Positions 52,001 through 62,256 of a stretch of 64,000 bases of DNA are shown one piece after another. The position numbers and the translations under genes were made by a program. Source of the DNA: Trypanosoma brucei. Its lineage: Eukaryota. Position 1 is the first letter of the stretch, and the number at the start of each line of letters is the position of its first letter. Location of the stretch: NCBI GenBank assembly GCA_000002445.1, contig CM000208.1:3104001-3168000 (forward strand), read 5' to 3'. The notes under the pieces were generated by a model that saw only the letters and a program-made list of their open reading frames with translations, searched no databases and was not told the origin of the DNA.

Positions 52001-54773
52001 GCTCATACCAGCGCAGCTCGCTTGAATTAGAAACTAAAAGCACATCAATAATTACCCTTTCAGAGAATTTCCCATGCTGACATTCATCATCTGGAACTCC
52101 ACCCTCGTTCACATAATTGCGCATGCTGAACACTATAAGTCGTCCTTTTGTTGTTAACAGTGCTAACAACGACCCACAAGGTGTGACTGCTATGACTTGC
52201 ACTTCGTTCGTCACTTGTTCATCGGAACGTTCCAACCCGTTTTCAACCAAACCAGCACTATCTCCTTCAGAGGCTGAAGGTCGCGCTAACCCGGAGCTCA
52301 ACAATCCTGCCCCCGAGCTCATTAGTAAGTGTCTCATCATTTGAACTTGATTATGCATAAAAGCCTCCAAAATCTCACCGGAGTCTTCCCACGACGGTGC
52401 TACACTCGGACCACCGTTGGGGTTATCGGCAAGTTGAATTATCTCAATTGACGGAGCATCATCAGACACCACAGCCTCCTCAATGGAAGTTTGCTGCCCG
52501 ATTGCCATCCTCGACGGCTGACTGTGAATCTCTACTCCATTTACGTCATGTAGGCCCAGTCCATTGACGGTTGTTACCCCGCTCAGCAGTAGTGCCCGTG
52601 CTGCTGCATTTTCCATAGCCTTCAACTGTACATCGAATGGAAGGTCGTTTTCCTGCAGACTAAGTAGCATTCTGGTTTTGCTGAAGGCCTGCTTAAGAAG
52701 ATGATGAACGGAGGGGCGCGGTCGATTGACTCGCTGCACCATCTGAGAGGACTTACCGGATATTAGCATCTCCAATATTGACTCCCTGATGCCGCTTTCC
52801 ACAGTGCCACCAGGGTGGACGTAGCTTCCGCCGCAAAAACCGTTGCCCCCCAACCAGCCATTGTCCTCGTCAAGAAACAGTTTATTACATAGAAGAAGCT
52901 GTCGTTGGACTTCAGGGGACGCTCGTGACACGGCAAGAGATTCATAGGCAGCTCCCTTCAACTTCTCTATGAGAAGCTGTGCGATATTGCCTTCCATTCG
53001 TACTTGTCCCCACTGAGAGTACCTTGTTGCCTGAACATCACAAGCCGCAGTCCGTTCCTGGTTCCCGCACACACCAGAGACTTGGCCGTCTGGGGATGTG
53101 CACGTGGTAGCAGCGCTCCCGGAACCGGCAGCAGCAGTGCTCCTCGCGGTGCAACCACTAAAGTCGCATACTTCCCTTTCCAGTTGCATGGCGCAGTGGT
53201 GGTACCAAATTCCCACAGCCGCTCTCATGGCGGGACCTTGAGAAACATGCTGACACTCGCGATCCTTTCCCTGCGAAACCCCACCTGCTTCACTGGTGCC
53301 CTGGCGGGGGGTGCCTGCGCGCAACACCGAAGATACCTCCGCCATAGAGCCGACAAGCCACGCAAAGAACTGAATGCGCATGGCCGTTTGTGCACAAAAC
53401 AGCTTTTCTTCCTGTGATGGGTGCACACTGACTTCATAACTGCTATTGGTTGCCTCCTCGAACACAGGTAAAGCTGCTTGCCGCACGACATCCATGATCC
53501 GATCCCACCGTTGTTGGGGCGAGGCCCATTCCGAATGAGCTGCTTCTTCTTCAACCAGTACAGCATCTCCGCACGGTAAACCGGTTGCGTCCTCACTCAC
53601 CGGGCCAACGCCCTCGGGTGAGAGGCAATACGCGGAGTTGCGGGAAAGCTGCTCCAAGATCCACATAGAAACCGCTTCCATATTCCTCCTAAAGACGGAT
53701 TCCTCCCGACAAAACAGGGCACAAATACCGTCAGCTATGTCAGCAACATCAGATTTCCCCGCCACCAGCGCAGCTGCCACTGAAGGGCAGGATTTCCCAT
53801 TCGATGCCGGCTTCAATGAGGAGCCACCGTTCCCGTTACCGCAGCGAACCCCCGAACAGTCATCCACACCACCAGTGGTCGATGATTTCAGTTGGTGCGT
53901 CTCCAGCAGCAACAGCTGCAGTTTTTCTTGAAGGTCCGAAAGTTTACTAACAACATTCTGTCTGTCGCAACACCACCGTTGTGGGGCGAGTTCAGCTAAT
54001 GCGACTGCTTCAGTCAAGCACAATTGCGTCCACAGCAACTCAACATAAGCAAAAAAAATTTCAATGATCGAAGTTTCTGTGGACTGTGCCGCGGCAACGG
54101 TAGAGCTTACATCAGATGCCTCACCATCAGGGATCCCTATAACCACTGTAAGCAAACTATGCAACAGGGGTGAAAGCGAAGCCACACCCTCTTCCTCGCT
54201 GGGGGAGTGTGCGCCACGATATAATCGACTCATCGGTGACGTGGCCAACTTGCACAACCTGAGGAAGACAGACTCGCCCCCGTAACCAGCACCATTTTCA
54301 CTAACCGAAGATAACAGAGCACAAAAAAGTGACGAATTTGAATCCTCCACTGGTAACCCATGTAGCAGCTTCTCAAAACTCACGTCATTAATCCTGTCAT
54401 CACATGTGTGATCACTTTGCGTTGACCCAGCTGTGACCGTGCAGGGAGCACCTTGGTTGGGACGAGCAAAGTCGTTTCCGTCGTTAAAATCCTCCGTTGA
54501 GAATCGTACGCTATTTTCAGTGGCATCTCCGCCTCCCTTCATGGTGGCGGGTACTTCTCCCACACGAAGTTGAGTTTCCATCTCCAGTGCCTTTGCGGTT
54601 TCAGTGAGGCCGAGCCCCAGGAGCAGATTCTTTAACAAGCTGCTGTTCTCGACCAACTCGGTCGTTCCTACATTAAATGACCGAGAGGAGTTGCGTTTGG
54701 TGCTCATTCTCCCAAGGGAACTTAGTATATTTTCCCCTCCCTGCATAGTGGCGATGGACAAAATAAACACCAA
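49014..54773 (-). CDS. Very large hypothetical protein (1919 aa). It has an N-terminal LisH-like motif and a central beta-propeller (WD-like) region. The rest is Ser-rich and low-complexity.
   Basis: A single uninterrupted 5.76-kb ORF. LLKNLLLGLGLTETAKALEMETQL near the N-terminus resembles a LisH dimerisation motif. The middle region has WD-like strands (GRLIVFS, TIIRWNPVNGSV, GQLSMYDAWN). Confidence 0.65.
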   Translation of the reverse strand: MVFILSIATMQGGENILSSLGRMSTKRNSSRSFNVGTTELVENSSLLKNLLLGLGLTETAKALEMETQLRVGEVPATMKGGGDATENSVRFSTEDFNDGNDFARPNQGAPCTVTAGSTQSDHTCDDRINDVSFEKLLHGLPVEDSNSSLFCALLSSVSENGAGYGGESVFLRLCKLATSPMSRLYRGAHSPSEEEGVASLSPLLHSLLTVVIGIPDGEASDVSSTVAAAQSTETSIIEIFFAYVELLWTQLCLTEAVALAELAPQRWCCDRQNVVSKLSDLQEKLQLLLLETHQLKSSTTGGVDDCSGVRCGNGNGGSSLKPASNGKSCPSVAAALVAGKSDVADIADGICALFCREESVFRRNMEAVSMWILEQLSRNSAYCLSPEGVGPVSEDATGLPCGDAVLVEEEAAHSEWASPQQRWDRIMDVVRQAALPVFEEATNSSYEVSVHPSQEEKLFCAQTAMRIQFFAWLVGSMAEVSSVLRAGTPRQGTSEAGGVSQGKDRECQHVSQGPAMRAAVGIWYHHCAMQLEREVCDFSGCTARSTAAAGSGSAATTCTSPDGQVSGVCGNQERTAACDVQATRYSQWGQVRMEGNIAQLLIEKLKGAAYESLAVSRASPEVQRQLLLCNKLFLDEDNGWLGGNGFCGGSYVHPGGTVESGIRESILEMLISGKSSQMVQRVNRPRPSVHHLLKQAFSKTRMLLSLQENDLPFDVQLKAMENAAARALLLSGVTTVNGLGLHDVNGVEIHSQPSRMAIGQQTSIEEAVVSDDAPSIEIIQLADNPNGGPSVAPSWEDSGEILEAFMHNQVQMMRHLLMSSGAGLLSSGLARPSASEGDSAGLVENGLERSDEQVTNEVQVIAVTPCGSLLALLTTKGRLIVFSMRNYVNEGGVPDDECQHGKFSERVIIDVLLVSNSSELRWYEQLALLLSFSPCGRFLLCSVQHVSSSGSEQEQVNQEEDEDVGKVLIYSLHCNDDCRSNDVTASLSATSADSQDSADRLYGTFKVHRTPVTVARWVDPRFWQGERMVQTSPSDSNTSTWRRAAHFHLSFLQCLSCGCDNTIIRWNPVNGSVIQSIATFPVQDILFSPLKQAFYTISHYGQLSMYDAWNENNITNPAEGVIEVGQRGLPASLSVKRSSNDRYGDTPGSPLSEITTHSSDSEVPEFFYAGSQTIQFDRRCVARESDEHEPLLTRMSRAVSDEGVPAGVETRVSSRIGRRILRDVLQHDSTHSAPSDDFILRRSCDSEVEGNGVRSNQRQRPSYSRSRPHANQYANPIASLQLKHRHREGVGRASLRKCDKIAKQDYQSTDEDVIFYRTGSRLVFVEVPHALCHAARVRPSPKDSRYAAPPEPYHLLSMTASGCPVWGECEVSNVKPTQCRCCHSSKSALFRSPSCRYYSDDSLRRNNSRNDGATATSGHSTGMGKSTESLGETAGRGQFQCGFCRCSADGGSPVIEPTAENGRYLCIMASVGPNRSLPSHEQPLEYNPGAYVCLVFDVASGSVVRVIPVCPTQPHFPLTQNGVATTHPKAKRAPIYLLPCSVAVVPKWPQQRRRSSGMLFSVEAANPTNVFCALDGHGISSYPSPYHGVEQDEGVVGRCDADRSESVVLVAVGGLHSKVHVFNALTGARVKDVNLREDDHPDDVTPAAGRRTPTKRARCSYAALADSDRMQSPFPKIDMTESDDSSKESDMGSGTTFSDFSSQQSEHSRIIQHQSLMSDLVERYGVSTVLQSTVDMLSVVPFPFPFRDCQLTASGGNLSAKGVKNSSRLSFSARTPGEAPNSLSGASCLNPCPSFLGQLLSALKDDGVENSTSNARCGSKDVKESATLFSGDTPFEFVSLQSLRRIITKRGTETRSSVLDGDDSSVPLPTAASGSTRFRCGVVNSVALMWDTMRGGVYMFSGDEYGGFFVTGDQINLGA

Positions 54774-55366
54774 CGGGCGCTATATATATATATATATATA
54801 TACGAAAATAACACCAACTACCGCTTCACACCTGTGTGTCTACTGTCCCTTCCCACCTCCTTCTCTTTTCTCCCAACTGGCAACGAGAGGAAAAAAAAGG
54901 GGAAAGCTTCGGTCAAGTTAGGTGAAAACAATTTACCAAGTAAAAGCGTGATATTGACTCACACCAAAAGATTTGAACAGACGCAGCGGGTAAAGGGAGC
55001 TAGCTTCACAATATCCATAGCTTCCTCCGACTTTTTCGGGCTTTTCCTTATTCTTTTTTTGTCCTCGTTCCCACTCATTCGGATATCTCCAGGGTCATTT
55101 CGCCCCCTACTCCATCTCTCCCCTTCGTTTCTGTCTCTTCTTTGCAATTTTTCATCCAAACGCGTGACGAATGGCGAAACGATCGGAATAATATCCTGAG
55201 CCACTGCCAACTCACCTTTAAAACAAAACAAAAAGAGAAAACACAAACCAAAGGAAACAGAGGTTAACCAATCCTGAAGGATATGCTGCAACATACGTGC
55301 CCGGAACGCAGAAGCGCAGTGAAGAGTAAAGCGTATACGGTGCTAACAGTGACGAGGATGATGATA

Positions 55367-58300
55367 TCATTCGCCTTGAGGATACAACCATGGGGGAGAT
55401 GACCTGCCGCCGAAGGCACCTTGAAGTGTAAGGTGTTTGTGGCGCAGGAGCGCCAGTATTGTCATGAATTGCGCGCTCTCATCCGGTGAGTTCCAGGATG
55501 GAATGACGGTTGGAATAACGGGGAACATTGACAATAAAGATGTGCTGTTTTCCTTCTCAGCGCTTATGCCACCTCGCTTCTGCTGCACGCTGCAGCTCCT
55601 CAGGGCCGCATTTGCGCGACCGCCCCCCGACGCAGCAGTTTCCAACGTAGCCACGCGTTGGCGCCGCACGGATCCTAAGGAGGAGGGGGGTTCATTTCCT
55701 AGCGGAGAATAACCGTGACTTCCAGCGCCGCCATCCGCCACGTAGTCGATCACCCCCCGCTGAGCTTGAGGTAGTTGAATCTGCTCCATTCCAACATCGT
55801 CAAGATAGGCGTCTAACAGTTCAAACGCTTCCCCAGGTGTTTGGGTGACTGAAACAAGGAAGTCAACGGCGTTTTGTACTGTGGCTGCGCGTATCGGGTC
55901 AAGAGGCGAAAGCATTAATTCAACTTCACACAAAACGCTTAAGTACAAGGCCTTCACATCTCCTGTACAACTGACCACGGGGTAAGCGACACGGTTCAGT
56001 GGCCGCTGGTTCAGTGTCGATTTGTTCTCCACCCCAGTGAGTGAGGTTTGCACCTTTTTCGATGCGGCAACCTGTGTATGGCCTTGCACAGTAATCTTCT
56101 TTCGTGTTGTTTGTCGAAGAGGTTTTACAGAAGGAGTTGGTTTTCGTGGCAAGTTTGTCTGGAACTCATTGGGCGATACTCCAGCGAAGCTGCCGTTCAC
56201 ACTGCAACTGCCACGGTCTGGTGCCGGGACGGGGTTCGAAGTTTTCACCGAGCCGGCGCCGCGCAAAAGCATCGCCATGAGGCGTGTGATAACAAAGTGG
56301 CATTGCGGGAGGGGCTCAGTAGGTGCATCATCAAACAGAGACTCCGCCATGACCACTGCAGGATCATCCCGTCGGTAGTAATGTCCATGCCCAAAATGCG
56401 CCGCTGGATAGGAAGGTGCTGCTGGCGTTTGAATAAACGCGAGGCGACCGTCAGTTGCAGCAGTCCCGGAGGACCCCCCTTCAACAGCGCGGGCAGAACT
56501 TTTATCTAGACTGCACGCAAGCCTCGAGTACGCAGTTCCAGGTACCAACAAACCCCCGATTTCCTCTTTCAGGGTAGGAGGTCCACTATCATTCTGCAAG
56601 GTTCCGTTTCCATCATCCACCAACACACATGTCAGCGACCCCCGCCGCGTTATCGTCACCGGAGTCCCTTTACCACTCGCCCGCTTCTTGCGGTATTGTG
56701 GCGTCGTTGGAGGAAGAGTAGATGGGGCGCAGCTGTCAGGATTTACAACTTCGGTGAAATGTGCGGAGGACGATGCGCCAGCGAGAGCCGAGAAGCGGCC
56801 CAGTAGTTCTTCTTCCAGAAGCAACCGATATATGTCACAAACCCACTTACGAAAGAACAACACTTGCCGCTGATCCACAGAGGAGGCAGCAGGGATCAGT
56901 AGCTCCAAAATGATGGTAACCACACGGAAGCAAAGGAGGGAAATTTCCTCCTGAATCTGTTCACGCATGGCTTGTGCGGCAAAGACACCACTATGAACCT
57001 CTTTGCTCACTGCTTGCAGCTCGACCCAGACACAATAAATAATCGTTGACCCGTCGCCGTCCCCGTATTGCTGCAGCGTTGTCCTTCCAGAATCGTCGAT
57101 CACTGAAGTTTTCTCTTCTTCCTTCCCTTCGTCATTGATCCCTGACGTGAAATCTGCTGATACTGCAGGGCCAATACACCCCCCTTTTTGGAGGGAACGA
57201 AGCAGGGAGAACAATGCAATATCACCGGGGTACAACCCATTACTGGATCCTGACGAGAAGGCAATACCCGTTCCTCCCGTCTGCTCGTTTTCATTTGCGT
57301 TGTCTCCCAATGTAGCAATTCCGGCGTAGTTACTGCCACCCCCCACCGCAGAAAACGCGTTGGGGCGGACAGTGTTGCCCGCTTTCCGGCTCAAGCAGTC
57401 GTGGGGCAAACCAGAGGGCACCACATTTGCTCCGCCTTCGTCCGACGCAACATTATCAGCGCGCCACGAAAAGTCGCGGAAATAGCCACGGAGGGACGGA
57501 AATAGCACCGAGAGAAAATTCACTGCCTTCTGTGATGGAAACAAACCAGAAGGCATTGGGGAATCCCCCTTATTTGATCCCTCTCGAAAACAATTACCAG
57601 ATGTTGAACGGTCACCCGCTTGGTCTTCATGCTGTCCATCCCCAAACCTCGTCAATGTGCTCTGCAGCGAACGGGCAACACAGGTTTCCCCACTAGCAAG
57701 CATATCAGCAAACACACTGAGGTACAGTGCAATCTTGTTCATGCTACGGATGGGGGTGGCGCCTGCCGAGAACGAAGAGGGGGCCGATGATTCTGCATTG
57801 AAGGAGCCATTGTCAACGCGGGTCATGCTTTCGTTATCCTCCACACTGTAACCACCACGCCTCAAGTTGAGGGAGTCCACGAGCGACACATGGCTACCAA
57901 GCCGCGAAATATTCCCGTTGCTATTCGCAATATTACCTTTGCTTCCTGCGTGACTGGACTTTCCAGAAACTGAGTAAACCGGTTCGTCGTGTGTGACACT
58001 AGACATTTGACGCTTGGCACCGGTAGTTTTGCCACTACATTTGGTTGGTTTCGAACCTAGTATCTGTACTATGATGGCTGCATCGTCCCTGGATAGTCGG
58101 CCCGTTAGTAACTCAAGAAACTCCTCCACATATTGTTGCCTTCGAACCGCTTCATTGCCACTCGACTGCAGCGGGTCCTCTGGGAAAAGCTGTTTCCCCC
58201 TCAGCGAGTACGGAGCGCAGTTTCTCACAACCTCACTGCAGTCATCGAGGCGTCCGACCGTCTCCTCTTGACCACCAGTGTTTGTAATAACACTCAGATC

Positions 58301-58885
58301 TACTGGAGGCGCTAATTTTACATCGCAGGAACTACAACTATCGGCACAGGTCTCTGTGGGGCTACACGTGTCCTGACAGTTTTTTCTTTTCGAGGGGGTG
58401 GTGAACGGGGGACGAGGAACCTCAATCGTAACGGACGGAGCGAAAGACTCCGACGCATCAGTAGTCTTCTTTGCCTCACCTTCTTTGCCGACTGAGTAAC
58501 GGCCCCACAGCTGATCCAGCGTATGACACCTTTCAGAAAGTTCTGTCAATAGGTGAAAATCCTCCCGAAGAAGACTTTCCACCTCGTTGAAACGCCGAAG
58601 TTCCCCCAGGAGACGTCTCACAAGAGAATCAAACGCATGGACAAAAGCCCGACATTCTTCCTCTCTTAAATGTGGGTCAAAGCGGATTAGAGTTAGGGCG
58701 AGTTCCAGAATATACGTCTTGCTTACACTACATTCGTTTCGTTCAAGCGACTGCATCAACAGGGTGAAATCACCCCTTATCAAAGACGTTATGCAGGGAA
58801 TGGATATGTTCGCATGCGATGCTGCGGTAGTTGTTTGCATTCCCTTCAATGGAGAAGATGCTGCCGAAAGAGAGTAACACTCCAC
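55367..58885 (-). CDS. Large hypothetical protein (1172 aa), mostly low-complexity and Ser/Gly/Ala-rich.
   Basis: A single uninterrupted 3.5-kb ORF in the PTU orientation. No recognisable catalytic motif. Confidence 0.55.
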   Translation of the reverse strand: MECYSLSAASSPLKGMQTTTAASHANISIPCITSLIRGDFTLLMQSLERNECSVSKTYILELALTLIRFDPHLREEECRAFVHAFDSLVRRLLGELRRFNEVESLLREDFHLLTELSERCHTLDQLWGRYSVGKEGEAKKTTDASESFAPSVTIEVPRPPFTTPSKRKNCQDTCSPTETCADSCSSCDVKLAPPVDLSVITNTGGQEETVGRLDDCSEVVRNCAPYSLRGKQLFPEDPLQSSGNEAVRRQQYVEEFLELLTGRLSRDDAAIIVQILGSKPTKCSGKTTGAKRQMSSVTHDEPVYSVSGKSSHAGSKGNIANSNGNISRLGSHVSLVDSLNLRRGGYSVEDNESMTRVDNGSFNAESSAPSSFSAGATPIRSMNKIALYLSVFADMLASGETCVARSLQSTLTRFGDGQHEDQAGDRSTSGNCFREGSNKGDSPMPSGLFPSQKAVNFLSVLFPSLRGYFRDFSWRADNVASDEGGANVVPSGLPHDCLSRKAGNTVRPNAFSAVGGGSNYAGIATLGDNANENEQTGGTGIAFSSGSSNGLYPGDIALFSLLRSLQKGGCIGPAVSADFTSGINDEGKEEEKTSVIDDSGRTTLQQYGDGDGSTIIYCVWVELQAVSKEVHSGVFAAQAMREQIQEEISLLCFRVVTIILELLIPAASSVDQRQVLFFRKWVCDIYRLLLEEELLGRFSALAGASSSAHFTEVVNPDSCAPSTLPPTTPQYRKKRASGKGTPVTITRRGSLTCVLVDDGNGTLQNDSGPPTLKEEIGGLLVPGTAYSRLACSLDKSSARAVEGGSSGTAATDGRLAFIQTPAAPSYPAAHFGHGHYYRRDDPAVVMAESLFDDAPTEPLPQCHFVITRLMAMLLRGAGSVKTSNPVPAPDRGSCSVNGSFAGVSPNEFQTNLPRKPTPSVKPLRQTTRKKITVQGHTQVAASKKVQTSLTGVENKSTLNQRPLNRVAYPVVSCTGDVKALYLSVLCEVELMLSPLDPIRAATVQNAVDFLVSVTQTPGEAFELLDAYLDDVGMEQIQLPQAQRGVIDYVADGGAGSHGYSPLGNEPPSSLGSVRRQRVATLETAASGGGRANAALRSCSVQQKRGGISAEKENSTSLLSMFPVIPTVIPSWNSPDESAQFMTILALLRHKHLTLQGAFGGRSSPPWLYPQGE

Positions 58886-59436
58886 AACTTTTTGTCAACG
58901 ATGAGGTAAATTGGTGGTGTCAATACTAGGAGGCAGCGAGTAAGCGCACTAACCCTGTGATGATCCCACGACTGCCCTACTATATCAGCAACTTAATACC
59001 TGTCTTCACAAGAAACACCCCAGCGCAGAAAAACCAAAGTTGCGTTTAATTTCTTCCACGGACGCTGGAGAAGAAAGAAACAGACACTGATAAATGCTCC
59101 CTCCAATTACCCAATACGACTTCAACTCTCTGCATATACACTTTAAAGCCTAGGGTAAACATAAGGTGGAAAAAGAGAGGACAGGGAGGAGTTTGATGGA
59201 TGAAAGTTACCTGCAGGTGAAGCGCGTACTGACACGCACAAACACATCACATGACTCAAGAGAACCTTTACACCATCTGTCCATTATACGTAGTGATCCC
59301 TAACCACACCGGTTACTGTTGTGGCTATGGGTTAATTAAAGTGTCTCTTTACTTCATCCTCCTCTTTACACTTAATCGAAACATGAACTCACATCGCAAA
59401 AACTCCCTGTTCACTCATCATTCGTCCTTCGGTACT

Positions 59437-62256
59437 TCATTCAGTAACTTCCGCGGCAGGTTTAAGAACGTCTCTTTGCATCTTTGTCATGTCAATAATG
59501 TACTGTAGTGAAAAGTAGTTTTCCCTCGCTAAATCTCCCAGTGCTCTATGCCTCTGCAGGCTGCGCTGAAGCACCTTTAGTGGAGGTATGATTAGACTAC
59601 GGTCGCAAGAAAAGCTTCCCGCACACTCGCTTGAATGCAGCAGGATGGACTGTGCCCACAACAGAGCGCGTTCAAGTCCACGACTTTCCTCCACCTCACT
59701 GCTCACCCACTTCAGTAACAACGAAAATAAAACAGAGGGAACAGAAGAAACGGCCACAGGGATAGCACTTTGTGGCATCCTTCGCATGCACTCGATTCCA
59801 AGCATTCTATCTCCAAGATTCAGCGCGCCTATGAGCGCCATCACAGACTCACCGCGAGCCAACTGATCGCGCACCTGCTGCGTTGTAATGTTTGCAGTCA
59901 ACTGAAGGGGCTGAAACCTCGGTCTCGCAACGTGGGTAGAAAACACCAACAACCCAACACTTGTTGCTGCCACAAATTCCGTACCAGTTGAAGCGAAAGC
60001 GACGGACATCGTACGGGCCGATAGAGCTGTTTGACGCTTGCCTGTAGCGAAGTGCCGATGCTTGCTCCCCGGCATCTCCAATAGTTTGCCACGTCGGAGG
60101 TGAATGTCGGTGTCATCCACATCAATATCGTCGATGTGTCCCGCTTCCGTCATTTGACGCCACTGATATTGTTCCTCCGCTCCTTGCACGTCGAGGTTAG
60201 TCGTAATCGGCCACTTCTTCAGCATATAACCCTGCTTCGCGTGGTATAGAACGATCCACTTAGAGTCTCCACCGGCAACAATTTTTTCACCCTCCGGCGA
60301 AAAGGCGATAGTCGTAAACCGTGCGTTATAATTGGCACTGCGCGGCCCAACTGACTTACACCATCCCCCAGCTGCGTCAAAACTAGTTTGAAACGTTTTA
60401 ATCACTATTGGCTCCGTGGGCACCAATGTCTCGTAGACAGTAACTTCCTGCTTCATTGTCAGCACCGCTAGATAACGGCCACTGTTGCTGAACGATAAGC
60501 TGAGGACCTCAGAGCCAACGTTGGTCACCTCCACAGTGCCCTTCAACCTGTCCCCTCCGTCCCCATGCGCGAAGAGGTCCCAAACAGCAAGATTGTGGTC
60601 AAGTGAGCCGGAGACAAGGGCCGTACCGGATGGGTGGAATGCAACGCAGGCAATGGGCGCCTCGTGTCCCTGAAGCTGATCGATGAGTTTTCCCGTTTGC
60701 ACAGCGAATAGGTAAATGCGATCTGTCTGTCCGCTCCCCACAGCTAGCACCTCTCCTGACGGATCAACCGCAACACAGGAGAGTTGCGCTTGTTCAGGTG
60801 CCGAATAGACACGAAAGTGGCGATACCGTACAAGATCGTAACCTCTAGCCGTGCCATCTCGGCTACAAGTGAAGAATGCATTTGTTGCAGCACTTGTCGC
60901 GATACCTGTGACAGGGGCCGTGTGCTCAGTGAAGGTCACGTAACACTGGCCCGTGGACGCTCTCCAAACCTTTACCTTTCCATCGTCACCACCCGAAATT
61001 ATACTGCTAGCGTCAGCAGTGATTGCAGTACGGTTAATATCATAGTAGTGCGACTGCTCCTTCAGGACATATGCCTCAGACTTCCAATCCCAGACGAGAA
61101 TTTGTTTGAGGTGTGCACTTCCAAAAGCGATAAAATCGCCACTCGCATTGAATGCTGCAGCCGTAAGAGACTGCGCTGATATGGACAGTAAATGAACAAG
61201 GGGAAACTCTGCTTCACCGCTACCCCCCAGGGAGTGGATGGCGAAGATACCAGAATTGTATCCAATGGCTAGAAGCCCACGGGGTCGGTGGAAAGCGGTG
61301 ACGGATACATTCCCCTTGTGCGTCAGCATATGTTTTTTGTCTACCTCGAATGCGTATCGAAGAATATCTGGAAGAAACGTATCATCAGCGACAGAGACAC
61401 GCACACCCTCAATCTTCAGTTGCTCCAGCCGCTGCTTTTCAAGGAAGGATTTCGGAATGGCCGCACCCTCATCATCTTCCGCATGGGTATATTCATCTTC
61501 CTCACTTTGTGCTCCAACGCGGGCGTTTAGCTTTGCAGAGGCGATAGCTCTCATAACTTCTTGCCTCGTCGTTCGTGTTTGTTTCCACGTCATGACCACA
61601 TTGTCGACCGACACACTCACTACACGATTGCAGGCACTATCAACAAACCATGCACCACAGACTGCAGCACGATGACCCACCAAAGCATTGTGTTGAAGAG
61701 CCATTCCTTTTTGTTGGACGCGGCACTGTCGAGGACAAATTTTCATTCGTGCGTCCTGTCCGCTGAGTAGGATATGCTCACTATCAGGAGTCCACTCAAT
61801 GCACATGATCGGAAGTGTGAGCGCGTTGTGAAGGTTCTCCACACGGTGGCAGCCGTGGTAAGAAACAATGCGCTGAGCAGGGGCTGTGTACACCTGGAGG
61901 GTGGTGTCAAGAGCAAGAGCTACATATCTCCCGCATGGGCTGAACTTGACACAGGAAACCTCACAATCCGGCGGAAACGAAATGGTATCCAACACAACCG
62001 CCGCAGATAAAGAATAGAAAAAACCAACACCACGTCGGCCTATGGCCACTATAAGATCACCGTCAGACGATATGTCAAAGCATTGAATGTTGCTGTTGCT
62101 GCAAGGAAGTGAGTGATGTCCCTCTTGTTGCAGCTTGATGCTGGAGATATAGTTGTTGACCGGCGAGTACAACTGGCGGCCATCAGGGGAAAAAGCAACG
62201 TTGCCACCTGTGTATAGCATGCCGTGAACGGAGGCCAGCTGAAAGTTTGTCTCCAT
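59437..62256 (-). CDS. PWP2: Periodic tryptophan protein 2 (PWP2/UTP1)-like WD40 protein, a small-subunit processome component (~939 aa).
   Basis: METNFQLASVHGMLYTGGNVAFSPDGRQLYSPVNNYISSIKL matches the PWP2 N-terminus (FSNLLGTVYRRGNLNFTCDGNSVISPVGNRVTVFDL). Multiple WD repeats follow, and the C-terminal region resembles a Utp12 domain. An in-frame upstream ATG at 62316 would add 20 aa (MEASGCSNINLATSKVKKKR). I placed the start at the Met that aligns with PWP2 orthologues (cat at 62254-62256). The 62316 start is not excluded. Confidence 0.75.
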   Translation of the reverse strand: METNFQLASVHGMLYTGGNVAFSPDGRQLYSPVNNYISSIKLQQEGHHSLPCSNSNIQCFDISSDGDLIVAIGRRGVGFFYSLSAAVVLDTISFPPDCEVSCVKFSPCGRYVALALDTTLQVYTAPAQRIVSYHGCHRVENLHNALTLPIMCIEWTPDSEHILLSGQDARMKICPRQCRVQQKGMALQHNALVGHRAAVCGAWFVDSACNRVVSVSVDNVVMTWKQTRTTRQEVMRAIASAKLNARVGAQSEEDEYTHAEDDEGAAIPKSFLEKQRLEQLKIEGVRVSVADDTFLPDILRYAFEVDKKHMLTHKGNVSVTAFHRPRGLLAIGYNSGIFAIHSLGGSGEAEFPLVHLLSISAQSLTAAAFNASGDFIAFGSAHLKQILVWDWKSEAYVLKEQSHYYDINRTAITADASSIISGGDDGKVKVWRASTGQCYVTFTEHTAPVTGIATSAATNAFFTCSRDGTARGYDLVRYRHFRVYSAPEQAQLSCVAVDPSGEVLAVGSGQTDRIYLFAVQTGKLIDQLQGHEAPIACVAFHPSGTALVSGSLDHNLAVWDLFAHGDGGDRLKGTVEVTNVGSEVLSLSFSNSGRYLAVLTMKQEVTVYETLVPTEPIVIKTFQTSFDAAGGWCKSVGPRSANYNARFTTIAFSPEGEKIVAGGDSKWIVLYHAKQGYMLKKWPITTNLDVQGAEEQYQWRQMTEAGHIDDIDVDDTDIHLRRGKLLEMPGSKHRHFATGKRQTALSARTMSVAFASTGTEFVAATSVGLLVFSTHVARPRFQPLQLTANITTQQVRDQLARGESVMALIGALNLGDRMLGIECMRRMPQSAIPVAVSSVPSVLFSLLLKWVSSEVEESRGLERALLWAQSILLHSSECAGSFSCDRSLIIPPLKVLQRSLQRHRALGDLARENYFSLQYIIDMTKMQRDVLKPAAEVTE

